IMG/VR virus record: IMGVR_UViG_3300036770_004723
Span: 62,001-126,000 of that record
Reading direction: 5' to 3' (one strand)
DNA length: 64,000 bases
In this document: positions 1 through 10,230 of the stretch, piece after piece
Layout of the letters: each line of letters opens with the position of its first letter
Numbering within the stretch: the stretch's first letter is position 1
The notes under the pieces: model-generated
Databases searched by the model: none
Seen by the model: the letters and a program-made list of their open reading frames with translations, nothing else
Told to the model about the DNA's origin: nothing
Program-made: the position numbers and the translations under genes

Positions 1-10
1 GTTTGGCCTT

Positions 11-646
11 TTATTGAGAACAGTCTTTTAAATATCTAGGTATGAGAATATGATTACTTTGTGAAATTTCTTTAAAGAAGCTGTGTTCTTTATTTAAATA
101 CTGTGGAATAAAAACAGTTAGTTCGTGGTCAGCCATGTCCAAACATCTAAGTAAAACACTTTGAATATCAAGCCAAGGCGTAGAATAACTGCTTTCTGCA
201 CCAAAATAAGTTAGACCAAATTTAAAAGAATTTCCATGTATTTTTTCCAAATCTTTTATCAGATCTTTAAATCCACACTCAAATTTATCTAGATCAACAT
301 GTGTTTTCTTATTGTAAGGCAAACGTTTACCAAAAGATGTTTGTACATATAAATGGCTAACGTTCAGTATATGTTCTGAAATACTATTAGATGCCCCAAC
401 AATACTCCGTGTAAAATAATTAGTTTTTAATTCGGTACTTACATAAGTACCGAGTCTATTCGCGTCGGAAACTTTTGGTACTGAAGCCAAGACATTTATA
501 AAGTTTTCTTGTATTACTTTTACTGCACCACGGGCAACTTGTGCAGTATTATGAGGAAGAACTAGTGCGGTATGTTTATTCAGAGTTTGATATACAATTA
601 AATCTAGAACGTTATAGGTACTAGCATAAACTATTTTAGACATCAA
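11..646 (-). CDS. Divergent macro-domain-like protein (Poa1p/T4 Tk.4-like)
   Basis: Pattern LPHN..., SHLYVQTSFG...VDLDKF..., FGAESSYSTPWLDIQSVL resembles the macro-domain ANLYTQ/IGCGLAGGDW layout, but is degenerate. Confidence 0.45.
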   Translation of the reverse strand: MMSKIVYASTYNVLDLIVYQTLNKHTALVLPHNTAQVARGAVKVIQENFINVLASVPKVSDANRLGTYVSTELKTNYFTRSIVGASNSISEHILNVSHLYVQTSFGKRLPYNKKTHVDLDKFECGFKDLIKDLEKIHGNSFKFGLTYFGAESSYSTPWLDIQSVLLRCLDMADHELTVFIPQYLNKEHSFFKEISQSNHILIPRYLKDCSQ

Positions 647-656
647 TGTTAACCTA

Positions 657-1619
657 TTAAATAGTTAATGTTGGCTTGAACTCAAAAGATTTTTCTAGTT
701 TTCTTACTTTCTTTTCTACTTCTTTTAGGTCAGGCACGAGGTAAGAACTTATTTTTTTATCAACTTTTAAATCTGTTTTAATGGTTACAAGTTCTCTACA
801 CATAAGGGCAAGAGACTGATAGAAAGGATCTGATAACTTTTTACCTAAAGCGCCTTTATGTTGAGCAGACAAGATTTCTTCAAGTGTATCGTATTCTTGA
901 ATTAGTTTAATTGCTGTTTTTTCACCTAACCCCGGTATACCTGGAATGTTATCAGACGCATCGCCACAAAGAGCCAGAAAATCAACAAAAGTAGAAGGCA
1001 ATACACCATATTTCATCAAACAGTCTTGATAAGTAACCGTTAATTCTTCACAGTTAGCTTGTTTAGGTAAACGTAGTCTTGTATCAGGTTTTAATAATTG
1101 GGCAAAATCTCCATCACGACTATGTATAAGTTTTCTACATTTCAGTTGAAAGCATAAACTACCTATAACATCATCAGCTTCACCTAAAGGACTTCTAATA
1201 GTTTGAATGCCACGAGCTTTTAAGATTTCAATGGCCATATCAATTTGAGGTCTCAGGATTGAAGATTTTTCGTCGTTCTCTCTATTTCCTTTATAGCCTG
1301 TTAAGAACTTTTCGGCCAATTTATTTGCATTTTCACCAACAGCATAACTTAAAAATGTTTGCATTAAAAGCTTACGGTAGTCGCTTCCTTTTTTATGGTC
1401 AAAGACAACTACAAGATTAATACTATCGTTTGTACGTAATCTTCTTTCCATCAAATGATTTATCATTGCAAGGAAAGTCTTTAAAGCCCCTGTAGGTACT
1501 CCTTTGCTTGTATGCAACTTTTGAGATTCTGCATTAGCATAAAACGCACGATTCATAAAGTTGTGGCCGTCAACTATATCCAAAACTTTTGACGCTTTTC
1601 CTGATTTAGTTTTTTTCAT
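657..1619 (-). CDS. 5'-3' exonuclease / flap endonuclease (Pol I N-terminal type)
   Basis: VDGHN..RAFYA, YKGNR, EADDVIG, SRDGDFAQL, GDASDNIPGIPGLGEKTA motifs. Confidence 0.95.
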   Translation of the reverse strand: MKKTKSGKASKVLDIVDGHNFMNRAFYANAESQKLHTSKGVPTGALKTFLAMINHLMERRLRTNDSINLVVVFDHKKGSDYRKLLMQTFLSYAVGENANKLAEKFLTGYKGNRENDEKSSILRPQIDMAIEILKARGIQTIRSPLGEADDVIGSLCFQLKCRKLIHSRDGDFAQLLKPDTRLRLPKQANCEELTVTYQDCLMKYGVLPSTFVDFLALCGDASDNIPGIPGLGEKTAIKLIQEYDTLEEILSAQHKGALGKKLSDPFYQSLALMCRELVTIKTDLKVDKKISSYLVPDLKEVEKKVRKLEKSFEFKPTLTI

Positions 1620-1662
1620 CGCATCTTTTCCGCTTATATGTTTATACTAAGTATTTACAGTA

Positions 1663-1974
1663 TTAATGCTGCCAACTATTATTATTTTTAATTATTTCTT
1701 GATTTGGATGTTTTTCCAGATACTCACGTAGATTGCCATATAGCTTTCGTGTGTTCAATTTTCTGTCGGACATATAACAATAACAGGTTAGCTTATCATC
1801 AGAATCTAACATAGGTAAACACTGTTTTACTTTTTCCATGAAGTTAAACATAAAATTGTGTGCATCATTTACATCAGATGTTTCGCAGAGAATAACTGTT
1901 TTAACCCCACTTAAAGTATTTTTAGCAAAATGCGGTACGGTAAGAACGCTAGAATGTACAAGTTGAATTTCCAT
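1663..1974 (-). CDS. Hypothetical protein
   Basis: ORF in operon context. Confidence 0.6.
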   Translation of the reverse strand: MEIQLVHSSVLTVPHFAKNTLSGVKTVILCETSDVNDAHNFMFNFMEKVKQCLPMLDSDDKLTCYCYMSDRKLNTRKLYGNLREYLEKHPNQEIIKNNNSWQH

Positions 1975-1995
1975 AGCATAATCCTTGAGTTGTGT

Positions 1996-2023
1996 TTGGT
2001 GGGTATGGATCCATACCCACCAA
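1996..2023. terminator. 28-bp perfect palindrome, probable terminator
   Basis: TTGGTGGGTATGGA-TCCATACCCACCAA, intergenic. Confidence 0.55.
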
Positions 2024-2034
2024 TAGTTTAAAGA

Positions 2035-2436
2035 TTAAACTCCAAAATCATCTTCATCATCTTCAGCTTCAAAATCATCTTCACCATCTTCTGTTTCTTG
2101 TTCAGAAGTTTTAGTAAGCTCTATTAGTAAGGTTGCTTTTGAGCCTATTAAAATTTGAGTTACTGAAGTAATCATAGCAAGTACATTTACTTCATCGTCA
2201 TCATTAGATTCTACCATGCCATTTCTTTCTAAAAAGTCCTCAAAGGCAGGCATTAATTGTTCAGCAGTTTCATAGTTATGGATTTCCATAACATTGACGT
2301 ATTTATGAAAATCCTGCTCGAAGGCACGTAAAGCATTTTCTTCTTGTTCAGTAAATCCTTCCGAGAATACTAAAGAGATTGCAGGAACAGCACTTAGGTC
2401 AATACTATTGAATGTGAAAAGTCTCATATTATACAC
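2035..2436 (-). CDS. Hypothetical acidic protein
   Basis: ORF with acidic tail ending DDFGV. Confidence 0.7.
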   Translation of the reverse strand: MYNMRLFTFNSIDLSAVPAISLVFSEGFTEQEENALRAFEQDFHKYVNVMEIHNYETAEQLMPAFEDFLERNGMVESNDDDEVNVLAMITSVTQILIGSKATLLIELTKTSEQETEDGEDDFEAEDDEDDFGV

Positions 2437-2689
2437 CTTTTATTTTTAAAACAGCTTGCATTATCATTGAATTTTCTACAGTAAGTAACATAAAGTAGAA
2501 AATATAAGGATCTTGTTCGTTTTGAGGTTTCGCGTAAAAATCTTCTGACACAGAGCCTGCGATCTCAGAAGCTACAGCTGCACGGTCGGCATTACTTAGA
2601 AAATTTAAATCTAATTTAAAAGAATCAGATTCCCAGTCCTTGACGTTTTGATTTGTTAGTTGCGCCCATTTATTATTTAATTCGCTCAT
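2429..2689 (-). CDS. Hypothetical protein
   Basis: Overlaps neighbouring ORFs (translational coupling). Confidence 0.65.
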   Translation of the reverse strand: MSELNNKWAQLTNQNVKDWESDSFKLDLNFLSNADRAAVASEIAGSVSEDFYAKPQNEQDPYIFYFMLLTVENSMIMQAVLKIKGV

Positions 2690-3060
2690 TTATGATCCCT
2701 ATACACTAGTATTGTATTGTATTCAGTAGAATTAAGTGGCACAGAGCCTAAGTTTGTTTTGCCTTCTACCCAAGATCTTAATCTGCCGTGAATTAAACCT
2801 GCGGGTAAATAAAGTTCTGCTGGAATGACGTTTACACTGTTAAGTGGTAAAATATTCTCTAATGGTGTATTCTGGTCTAAAGCGGTTCCATCAGAAGTAC
2901 AGAAAAATCCAATACAAGGAATAATACGCTGTACAGTATATTCAAATCTTACTGCAACACAAAAATTCGGCAAATTGGCCAAAGTAACCAGAATTTTTAA
3001 ATTAGATCCAGATTTTTTATGTATGAAATGTTCTTCGAACGTATTCCAATCTAAATCCAT
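2686..3060 (-). CDS. Hypothetical protein
   Basis: GGAG Shine-Dalgarno (SD), coupled ORF. Confidence 0.65.
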   Translation of the reverse strand: MDLDWNTFEEHFIHKKSGSNLKILVTLANLPNFCVAVRFEYTVQRIIPCIGFFCTSDGTALDQNTPLENILPLNSVNVIPAELYLPAGLIHGRLRSWVEGKTNLGSVPLNSTEYNTILVYRDHK

Positions 3061-3855
3061 TTAATTCTCCTTTTTAAATAAATAGATGTCGGAGGGTTTT
3101 CTTTTTTGTTGGAAAAAATACCTGCCTTCCGATATCATTTTTTGCTTCATCTTAGTTGAGACCATTCTATTCGAATAATAGATCGGCAAGGAATTAAGAG
3201 TTTTCTCGTACAGATTAAAACTATATATTCCAACACTGTCATTTAAAACTTCAAACAAATACTCTTCTAAGGCAGTATGGGCTTTTATACTATCTTCCGT
3301 ATCAAGGGAAAGATAATTATGCCGTTCATACACTAGATGGGCTGAAATTGCATGAATATAACTATCTACGAAATTTCTGGCATCTGTTCCCGCGAAGAAT
3401 TTTAAAAGCAATATAGAGATAAGATCATCAAATATCTTTACGTATGTGCTTTCATTAAAGTCCGGTGAATAATCATTACTCTCAACATGAAAGTTTTTTC
3501 TTAATTCGATACAAACTTTTATTATTTCAGGTGAACTATTACTTTTTATTGATTGCTTTGATACCTTATTATACAGCTCACTATATTCATAGTCAGTTAT
3601 ATCAAACAGGTCTTTGGTAATCAAATCCCTTAAAAGGAAAGCTCCGTACTGATTAAACATACCATTAGCAAACAAGGCTGGCAATTTATCAGGTAACGAG
3701 TTTAATACTTTATAAATTCGATCTACTTCACACTGTATCTTTTCCTTTAACGTAGATTCAAAGAAAGACAAAGGCTTTGTTCTAAACCTGTGGTAAACTA
3801 AAAAGTCAGATAAACGGGCACAACTTTTATGGTAAAAATTACGCAACTTTATCAC
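3061..3855 (-). CDS. Hypothetical protein
   Basis: 264-aa ORF with GAGG SD. Confidence 0.7.
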   Translation of the reverse strand: MIKLRNFYHKSCARLSDFLVYHRFRTKPLSFFESTLKEKIQCEVDRIYKVLNSLPDKLPALFANGMFNQYGAFLLRDLITKDLFDITDYEYSELYNKVSKQSIKSNSSPEIIKVCIELRKNFHVESNDYSPDFNESTYVKIFDDLISILLLKFFAGTDARNFVDSYIHAISAHLVYERHNYLSLDTEDSIKAHTALEEYLFEVLNDSVGIYSFNLYEKTLNSLPIYYSNRMVSTKMKQKMISEGRYFFQQKRKPSDIYLFKKEN

Positions 3856-3859
3856 GGTA

Positions 3860-5716
3860 TTACCTCAAAAATCTTTTAGCTTTAGCTGCAATACTAGAAA
3901 GATCTGTGGTTGTGTTTGAAGTTAATAATGGAGCATTACCACTACGTTTCATCGCACGTACAGCCTTAAATATTTTATCATTGATTTTTCTGTTTTCAGC
4001 AGCTTGATTAAATACATGGTGCTTTTTACCACCACCACCTACAGTAAACAATTCAGAGTCTCCGCCAAAATTATGCCGTAGTAAACTTTGCTTACTACCT
4101 TGCAGTATAGTGCTAAAGCCGTGATCTTTATCAGAATTTATTTTTCGTAAAGAATTATCACTACTAAAAGAACCCATACCTCCACCTTCACCGCCTTCTG
4201 GATTTCCTGCTATTTCAGTAAGGCGCTTTTTATAATCAGTTAGCTGTCTTTGTATTGCAAGATCTTCATCTCGATCCATAAGCAACTTGTCTAAATTCAT
4301 ACCTCCAGCGGCGGCCATCATTCTGATAGGAACTGGAATACCTGCCGCTGTCATACGATCAAGAATATCCATAAATGCAGCATCCTGCTCAGGCTTTAAA
4401 CTTTTCGCCCAATGTACTGTAGGTATAAGAAGTTTAGATCCATCTTGCATTAAACGCAATCGTTCTTCGGTATTACCATCCATCAAGCCTTCTTTACGTA
4501 AGATTTTTCCTTTTCTCATTGTAAATCCATGCAACAATGAAACTAAAGGAAACACTTTATCGTAAAAAACATTTCTTGTTTGAGTATCACGATATGCGCG
4601 AAGTGTTTCAGTAAACACTGTCATAGCGCCTTCCATCGTTTGATAACTTGCATCACCACTCAAAAAAGCTTCGCTGATGCCCAATGCCCGCATTTTATGT
4701 GGGTTAGTTTGATCCCAAATATCTGTGACTTTCCAGAAATCACCACCTGGTCTCAATTCGCTGACACTAATGCCTAAACGTGTGGCAACCACAGCACCGA
4801 TTGGATCTGCATCTGCATCCAAAAACAAATCTGTTGCCTGATCGTAATCTTCCGGTGTAGGTTCCCAACCTTCTTCACCTAACATAATGTGCATGATTGC
4901 ACGTTGACGCCGACCACTTTCTATTAAAGTACCACGATATAAATTCTTTTCAATCAACCAAAGAGGCAATACACGTTTGTAGTAACTAACACCTTCACCA
5001 AATGAAAAAGTTTTACGTGGAACATAAATAGTTCCTACAGGATCTAATTCAACTTGGCCTGACATTAGTTTGCTTACAAACTCTTCACCTAAACTTTTCT
5101 TTATCTGGTCTATACGTGGAGAAGCCAAACTGAGTGTTTTTCTAAATTCAGGATCTATATCAAGATACATAATAGGATCTTGACTGTACAAAGGTAAAGT
5201 ATGAATGGTTATATTTTCGTATTTATGGCACATTAGGTCAATAAATGATTTCTTTTTACGATCATATAAAATGCTGGCACAAAAAGCGCCTGTAACTTGA
5301 TGGTCAACACTCATGCGAGGCATAGCAGTTCTTAAATTTAAGATTTCAACCGCTTGCCTGTAGTGATCTAGGTACTTATCTTCAGCACCACCTAAACTAA
5401 ATTCTGAAAAAGGTAAAGTACTATAAAGGTCAACACATGATCCACAAACAGGATCATGCCAGTACATATCTCGATAAACTCGAAATAATTTTTGATCTTT
5501 AAGATCACTATCCATACCTTCTAACAGTAGACTAGTATCCAGATTTACATCTAGTCCTCCTACTCTAGCTCCTGCACCGGAACCCGTACTACTTTCACTT
5601 TTAAATGAGTTTTGAGTTTTCTTGTGTTTCTTATCTTCTATATGTTTTTTTGAGCTAATACCTAAAACGCTAGATTTATCTTCTTTAGGTTTAAATGTTT
5701 TTTTAAAGTCAAACAT
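3860..5716 (-). CDS. Portal protein
   Basis: YRDMYWHDPVCGSCVD and GVSYYKRVLPLW portal-like motifs, size, near TerL; start moved to ATG 5716 (GGAG SD, promoter motif at 5748-5757). Confidence 0.75.
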   Translation of the reverse strand: MFDFKKTFKPKEDKSSVLGISSKKHIEDKKHKKTQNSFKSESSTGSGAGARVGGLDVNLDTSLLLEGMDSDLKDQKLFRVYRDMYWHDPVCGSCVDLYSTLPFSEFSLGGAEDKYLDHYRQAVEILNLRTAMPRMSVDHQVTGAFCASILYDRKKKSFIDLMCHKYENITIHTLPLYSQDPIMYLDIDPEFRKTLSLASPRIDQIKKSLGEEFVSKLMSGQVELDPVGTIYVPRKTFSFGEGVSYYKRVLPLWLIEKNLYRGTLIESGRRQRAIMHIMLGEEGWEPTPEDYDQATDLFLDADADPIGAVVATRLGISVSELRPGGDFWKVTDIWDQTNPHKMRALGISEAFLSGDASYQTMEGAMTVFTETLRAYRDTQTRNVFYDKVFPLVSLLHGFTMRKGKILRKEGLMDGNTEERLRLMQDGSKLLIPTVHWAKSLKPEQDAAFMDILDRMTAAGIPVPIRMMAAAGGMNLDKLLMDRDEDLAIQRQLTDYKKRLTEIAGNPEGGEGGGMGSFSSDNSLRKINSDKDHGFSTILQGSKQSLLRHNFGGDSELFTVGGGGKKHHVFNQAAENRKINDKIFKAVRAMKRSGNAPLLTSNTTTDLSSIAAKAKRFLR

Positions 5717-5760
5717 GCCATACTCCAAATATTTAGTATATACTACGTATTTACAGTATA

Positions 5761-5991
5761 TTATTCTTTTACTGGAGTAGCTACACAACAAGATTCACAA
5801 TAATAGGTATTTAATACTCCGCGTGTGTGAGTATTAGCTTCGACCATTTTCATACTCGATCCGCATTTAGGGCAGATACCTGCAATTTCATTATTAACTG
5901 AACTTTTACTTGTTAGTTCTGAAGACGTAGATTCAGTTTTTTTAACATTACGTACTCTATCGAACAAAGGTGACGCATGTAAAGGTTTCAT
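5761..5991 (-). CDS. Small zinc-ribbon protein
   Basis: CPKC...CESC. Confidence 0.65.
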   Translation of the reverse strand: MKPLHASPLFDRVRNVKKTESTSSELTSKSSVNNEIAGICPKCGSSMKMVEANTHTRGVLNTYYCESCCVATPVKE

Positions 5992-6058
5992 ATTGGTATC
6001 CTTAGGTTTCTTTGCTGAATTTAACTATAAATTATTGACTATAGTGCCTATATTTTTA

Positions 6059-6553
6059 TCATATTGAGAGACTTTTAAACGGACGTACACCACGAAGTTC
6101 TTTATCTTTGGATAATCTTATTAATTCTACCTTAGCAAAATCTATGAATACATGACTATTTTTTAACATAACATACTTATAATGATCCGTATTCTGTTTA
6201 ACAAGTTCAAGTACCTTACGTAAAAATTTGTTAACATACATATCTTCCATTAAAGATCTAAAAATTTGCTCTGAAGACTGCACTGTGAAAATAAATTTTT
6301 GCCTAACACCTAAAGTGGTTATTTGAGTATATAAATCGAATAGAAAAGTAAAACGATTTGTTCTCGAATAATCAATCATTAAACCGTCAGGCATTTTGAC
6401 TAATACACTATAGCCAGCATTGCTATTTTTGTCTATTACTGTGGTATAGGGTGTGTTTTCAAATCCAGCTACAAATTCAGGAAAAGTAACAGGTTGTATA
6501 TTAAACTGCTTTAAAACTTTTTCATGATCTCTTTCAGAATATACATAACTCAT
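6059..6553 (-). CDS. Hypothetical protein
   Basis: ORF directly after TerL, GAGG SD. Confidence 0.7.
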   Translation of the reverse strand: MSYVYSERDHEKVLKQFNIQPVTFPEFVAGFENTPYTTVIDKNSNAGYSVLVKMPDGLMIDYSRTNRFTFLFDLYTQITTLGVRQKFIFTVQSSEQIFRSLMEDMYVNKFLRKVLELVKQNTDHYKYVMLKNSHVFIDFAKVELIRLSKDKELRGVRPFKSLSI

Positions 6554-6556
6554 TAG

Positions 6557-9424
6557 CTACCTCGAAGATTTTTTAACGCCTATATATTTAGTACTACCAC
6601 TAAATACGCGGTTGCCGCTAGAACTAGTCAATTTATCGTAACTGCCAAGTTTACGTACAACAGCTAACGGCGGTTGTTTAATTTTAGATTGCTCTACTTT
6701 CTTAGCCAATATTTCTTGATACTCTGGATGCACTAGTCCCCAATGACATAAAGCGCCTGCCCTCCAAAGATCATCTGTAAAGCCATCACCTTTATCAATA
6801 GTCTTTTTACCTACATCCACAACCGTAGCCATTTGAACAAGTAAATGTTCTACAGGTTTTCCGTCAAAACAATTTGGATATGAATCTATATTTATGTTTT
6901 CCATTATGTCTTTTATAGATGGATTTTCAATGTAAGGTATTTTTATGGCACCCAACTCTACGGCGGTTTTGACATCACACATGTCGTTATATTTTAAACT
7001 GTACTGCGCAGATATTTCTAGCCCAGGATAGCTTGCCTTTGCATCTTGCAGTAGTTTTATACTGTTCCATCTATCAGCTAATAATATTTTTACATTCCTG
7101 TGTTCAATAAGTGGAAGTATAACATCAGAAAATATACGAGTATGGCTAATTGGAATACCAGGTAAAGATATTATTTCTATCAGAATATCTAAATGTGGTG
7201 TTCCGTCATGTATAGATCCACATACAACTGCAAAGCTATTATTTGAATAACCAGCATCAATAGCTAACACACTAACACTATCATTGCGTTTTATATTAAG
7301 TAGCTCTACTGTTCTGTATTTTTCATCTTTAGATACACGATCAATTTTAGATCTGTACTTGACCCAATTCTTTTGCCCTGTCCTAACAGTTTCCTGTATA
7401 AGTCTGTGATTGGACATGAATGGGTTACTGGATAAACTAGGTTGTGCGCCAAAGTCGCGTTCAGCACCTATAGGGTCTTTACGATATTCTTCTTGAATAA
7501 GAGGTCCATCAAATGTAATATGTGGATTCATTTTCCATGTTGGTTTATGTAGACCTAAACTTTTTTTACTGCCTATACTTTGTTTATAAAGTTCCATGAT
7601 TTTATCACGGATGTTATTTGGAGAACTAACGTTTAACATATAACCTGTTAATAAGAATTGATCGTACCCAAGTGCCACCAATCTTTTTTCACTTTGCCTT
7701 GCAGTAGCTAAACTATTAGACATTGCTTTATAAACTTCGTGTGCGTTATCCTTAACTTTTTTAGTATCTCTATTACTATCAAACCAGCCTAATTCATCTA
7801 AAACACCTAAGAACCTGGTACGTCCACGTAAGGTTCTTTTGTCGGGTGTAGCAGGATAAAGCTGAAGATTTCGGTGCCTGTATTCAATAAATGTATCTTT
7901 AAGCTTTAATATTGTTTCACCGTACTTGCGCTCATACTTACGTAACAAAGAATGGTACGATTTAAACCAAGGACTGTTATTAATGTAACCTAAGAATGGT
8001 TGCCATAAGTTTTGTGTTGCTTGACCTAAAGTAAGGGCAAGGAAAGTTCCGTGCAGCACTTCGTTACTACGAATACCGAATAACTCTGTTGGTTTACCGC
8101 ACTTTAAAAACAAGTGCAGAACATAAGCGCTGATCATTGTAGATAACGCAGATTTTCCACTATTATGTGATTGTACTCCGCTTGTTATAAATTCCTGTGT
8201 TTTAGGCATAGTGAAATCATACATACGCTCAATGCGTTCTGTTTTGCCGGAAGAGATAACAGGCAAATAGTATGTTTTTTTACCTATATAAATAAGATTT
8301 GTCAAATAGTCCAGTGCCTTGTTATTAACAAGTTTAAAACTGTCTGAGTCTATTTCTACTATGGAGGGAAGTATACCTATATTCAAACTCAAGGAATACA
8401 ATGCGTAGGCTGCTTGTTTTGATATTATGCGTTGTTCTTTATAGTAACCTAAAAGAAATTCTTTAACGAAAGATAGCTTTAAATCAAAGAATTTTTTTAC
8501 TGTATTTTGATCTGGAGATTTCCCTAATTCTTGTATTTGACTAGCCGAAAGATCAATTGATTTAGTTCCAAAACTATTTAATCCTGTCACAACTTTTACA
8601 TAATCTTTTTCAGTAAGTTGCGTTATTGCTTTATATCCAAAATCTTTGGTCAGTACAGGATGTTCGTGTGTTCCACACAACTCAAATCCGTTTTTAAGTT
8701 TTAAATAGTAAACTTTCTCAGGATCTGTAACATATAGCTCTTTTGATTTTTCTTTGGATTTACCATTATGTACAGATAGTTCAAGCTTGTTATATCCAGT
8801 ATTTAATTCGTTTCCTATGTCACCTATGTATTTTAAGCCTTTATCCGTAAAAACTATTGTATCACCTGTAACACAACGCTGTCCGGCTACTACAGCTAAT
8901 TCATTATAAAAATTTAGTTCTCCATTAGCTATTAACTCAGATTTACGTGCGCCACATTTAGGGCAAATACCGTTACGTAATAAAGAAACTTTTTTTGTTA
9001 GATTGGACATTGGTTCATTTGCTTCATGTCCATCATCGCTAAACCATTTCATGTCTGTACAGGTAGGTCTTGGGCAATATTCGGCCATTAGTTTGATACC
9101 GATTATTGCTTGTTCTAGATAAGGAGGGGAATTAAGAAAGGCTTCGTCCATACAGAAATGGTAAAAATTTTTAGCTGTAGGCATTGAACTATCATCAATA
9201 CGTAGATCTCTAGATACAGGATGAAAAGCATCTAATTCATCCTGTATCATTTTTTGAATATTTAATAATTGCTTGTCATCAAGATCTTGTAGATGTAATT
9301 CTGGAACAACATCATCAAAATCTTTAACTACTTTAACGTCAGTAAGATCAATAAGTTTTGCAAATTCACTTCTAATAGATCTATTGTTGCTTATTTTTAT
9401 TTTCGGTGCCGGTTTCTTTTTCAT
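6557..9424 (-). CDS. Terminase large subunit, intein-containing
   Basis: Walker A AGQR|SGKS interrupted by intein, Walker B GVLDELG, nuclease AIDAG and GFTDDL. Confidence 0.9.
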   Translation of the reverse strand: MKKKPAPKIKISNNRSIRSEFAKLIDLTDVKVVKDFDDVVPELHLQDLDDKQLLNIQKMIQDELDAFHPVSRDLRIDDSSMPTAKNFYHFCMDEAFLNSPPYLEQAIIGIKLMAEYCPRPTCTDMKWFSDDGHEANEPMSNLTKKVSLLRNGICPKCGARKSELIANGELNFYNELAVVAGQRCVTGDTIVFTDKGLKYIGDIGNELNTGYNKLELSVHNGKSKEKSKELYVTDPEKVYYLKLKNGFELCGTHEHPVLTKDFGYKAITQLTEKDYVKVVTGLNSFGTKSIDLSASQIQELGKSPDQNTVKKFFDLKLSFVKEFLLGYYKEQRIISKQAAYALYSLSLNIGILPSIVEIDSDSFKLVNNKALDYLTNLIYIGKKTYYLPVISSGKTERIERMYDFTMPKTQEFITSGVQSHNSGKSALSTMISAYVLHLFLKCGKPTELFGIRSNEVLHGTFLALTLGQATQNLWQPFLGYINNSPWFKSYHSLLRKYERKYGETILKLKDTFIEYRHRNLQLYPATPDKRTLRGRTRFLGVLDELGWFDSNRDTKKVKDNAHEVYKAMSNSLATARQSEKRLVALGYDQFLLTGYMLNVSSPNNIRDKIMELYKQSIGSKKSLGLHKPTWKMNPHITFDGPLIQEEYRKDPIGAERDFGAQPSLSSNPFMSNHRLIQETVRTGQKNWVKYRSKIDRVSKDEKYRTVELLNIKRNDSVSVLAIDAGYSNNSFAVVCGSIHDGTPHLDILIEIISLPGIPISHTRIFSDVILPLIEHRNVKILLADRWNSIKLLQDAKASYPGLEISAQYSLKYNDMCDVKTAVELGAIKIPYIENPSIKDIMENINIDSYPNCFDGKPVEHLLVQMATVVDVGKKTIDKGDGFTDDLWRAGALCHWGLVHPEYQEILAKKVEQSKIKQPPLAVVRKLGSYDKLTSSSGNRVFSGSTKYIGVKKSSR
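8162..8875 (-). mobile_element. Cis intein in TerL Walker A (238 aa, endonuclease degenerate)
   Basis: Starts CVTGDT, block B GTHEHPVLT, ends YDFTM...SHN|S. Confidence 0.92.
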
Positions 9425-10199
9425 TCTTTTTCCTAGATCTTAAGGTCCCTATTGAGGTCTGCTTAATCTGGCCTACAGGATTATCTAGATTTGGGCGGTA
9501 TCTATTCATGTTGTAATCTAGCATAGAGGCTTCTCTTACTTGATTTTTTGAAGTAGCTATCGCATCCTGTACTAATCCGCTTAAATAGGCTTCTTTAACA
9601 CTAACAGGTATGTTAGGTAAATCCATTATTACACTTGCAACGAAATCTACTTTAATGCCGTTTTTAATATAAGGTAATAAGTTGTTATCTATATTAAAGC
9701 CATCTATACCCAAGCCGTCACGGACAAAAGCTTCAGTTCTGGCAGAAGCATGTTCTATACCTAAAAGTTTAGGTATATACTTTGATACAAACATAGAGTC
9801 AAAAGCTTTGGTTTCTTGATCTAAAATTTTGTTAAATTTAGCCAAATCCCTTTTATCTATTTTTATTACGTTCTCAGGTTCTTCTCTTTCATACTTGAAT
9901 CTAGAAGGTTCGAGATAAGGTTTTTCCTCTACATCATCGCGTTTTCTTAGAACGTCAAGATCTACATAACTTGAGTTAAATACAGTATCCTCATTTTTTA
10001 CTTTTTGTTTTTTAATAGGTTTTACTATAAAAAGATTGCCACTGAATATAGGCAAACGTCCTTTGCAGTAAGATATTTCACCGACAACATAATCTGATAT
10101 TAAAGGTTTATCTATTTCATTAAATAAAATACTTACTGAATCTAATAAACCATAAGGGGATTCGTCATGTGACCTGAACATAATTTTTTCCAAAGACAA
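9381..10199 (-). CDS. Hypothetical protein upstream of TerL
   Basis: 272-aa ORF overlapping the TerL start; TerS identity not supported by any motif. Confidence 0.65.
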   Translation of the reverse strand: MSLEKIMFRSHDESPYGLLDSVSILFNEIDKPLISDYVVGEISYCKGRLPIFSGNLFIVKPIKKQKVKNEDTVFNSSYVDLDVLRKRDDVEEKPYLEPSRFKYEREEPENVIKIDKRDLAKFNKILDQETKAFDSMFVSKYIPKLLGIEHASARTEAFVRDGLGIDGFNIDNNLLPYIKNGIKVDFVASVIMDLPNIPVSVKEAYLSGLVQDAIATSKNQVREASMLDYNMNRYRPNLDNPVGQIKQTSIGTLRSRKKNEKETGTENKNKQQ

Positions 10200-10221
10200 A
10201 AGGCCGCAATTGCGGCCTTTT
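10198..10221. terminator. Intrinsic terminator
   Basis: AAAAGGCCGCAATTGCGGCCTTTT after the helicase gene. Confidence 0.75.
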
Positions 10222-10230
10222 TATCAAATT

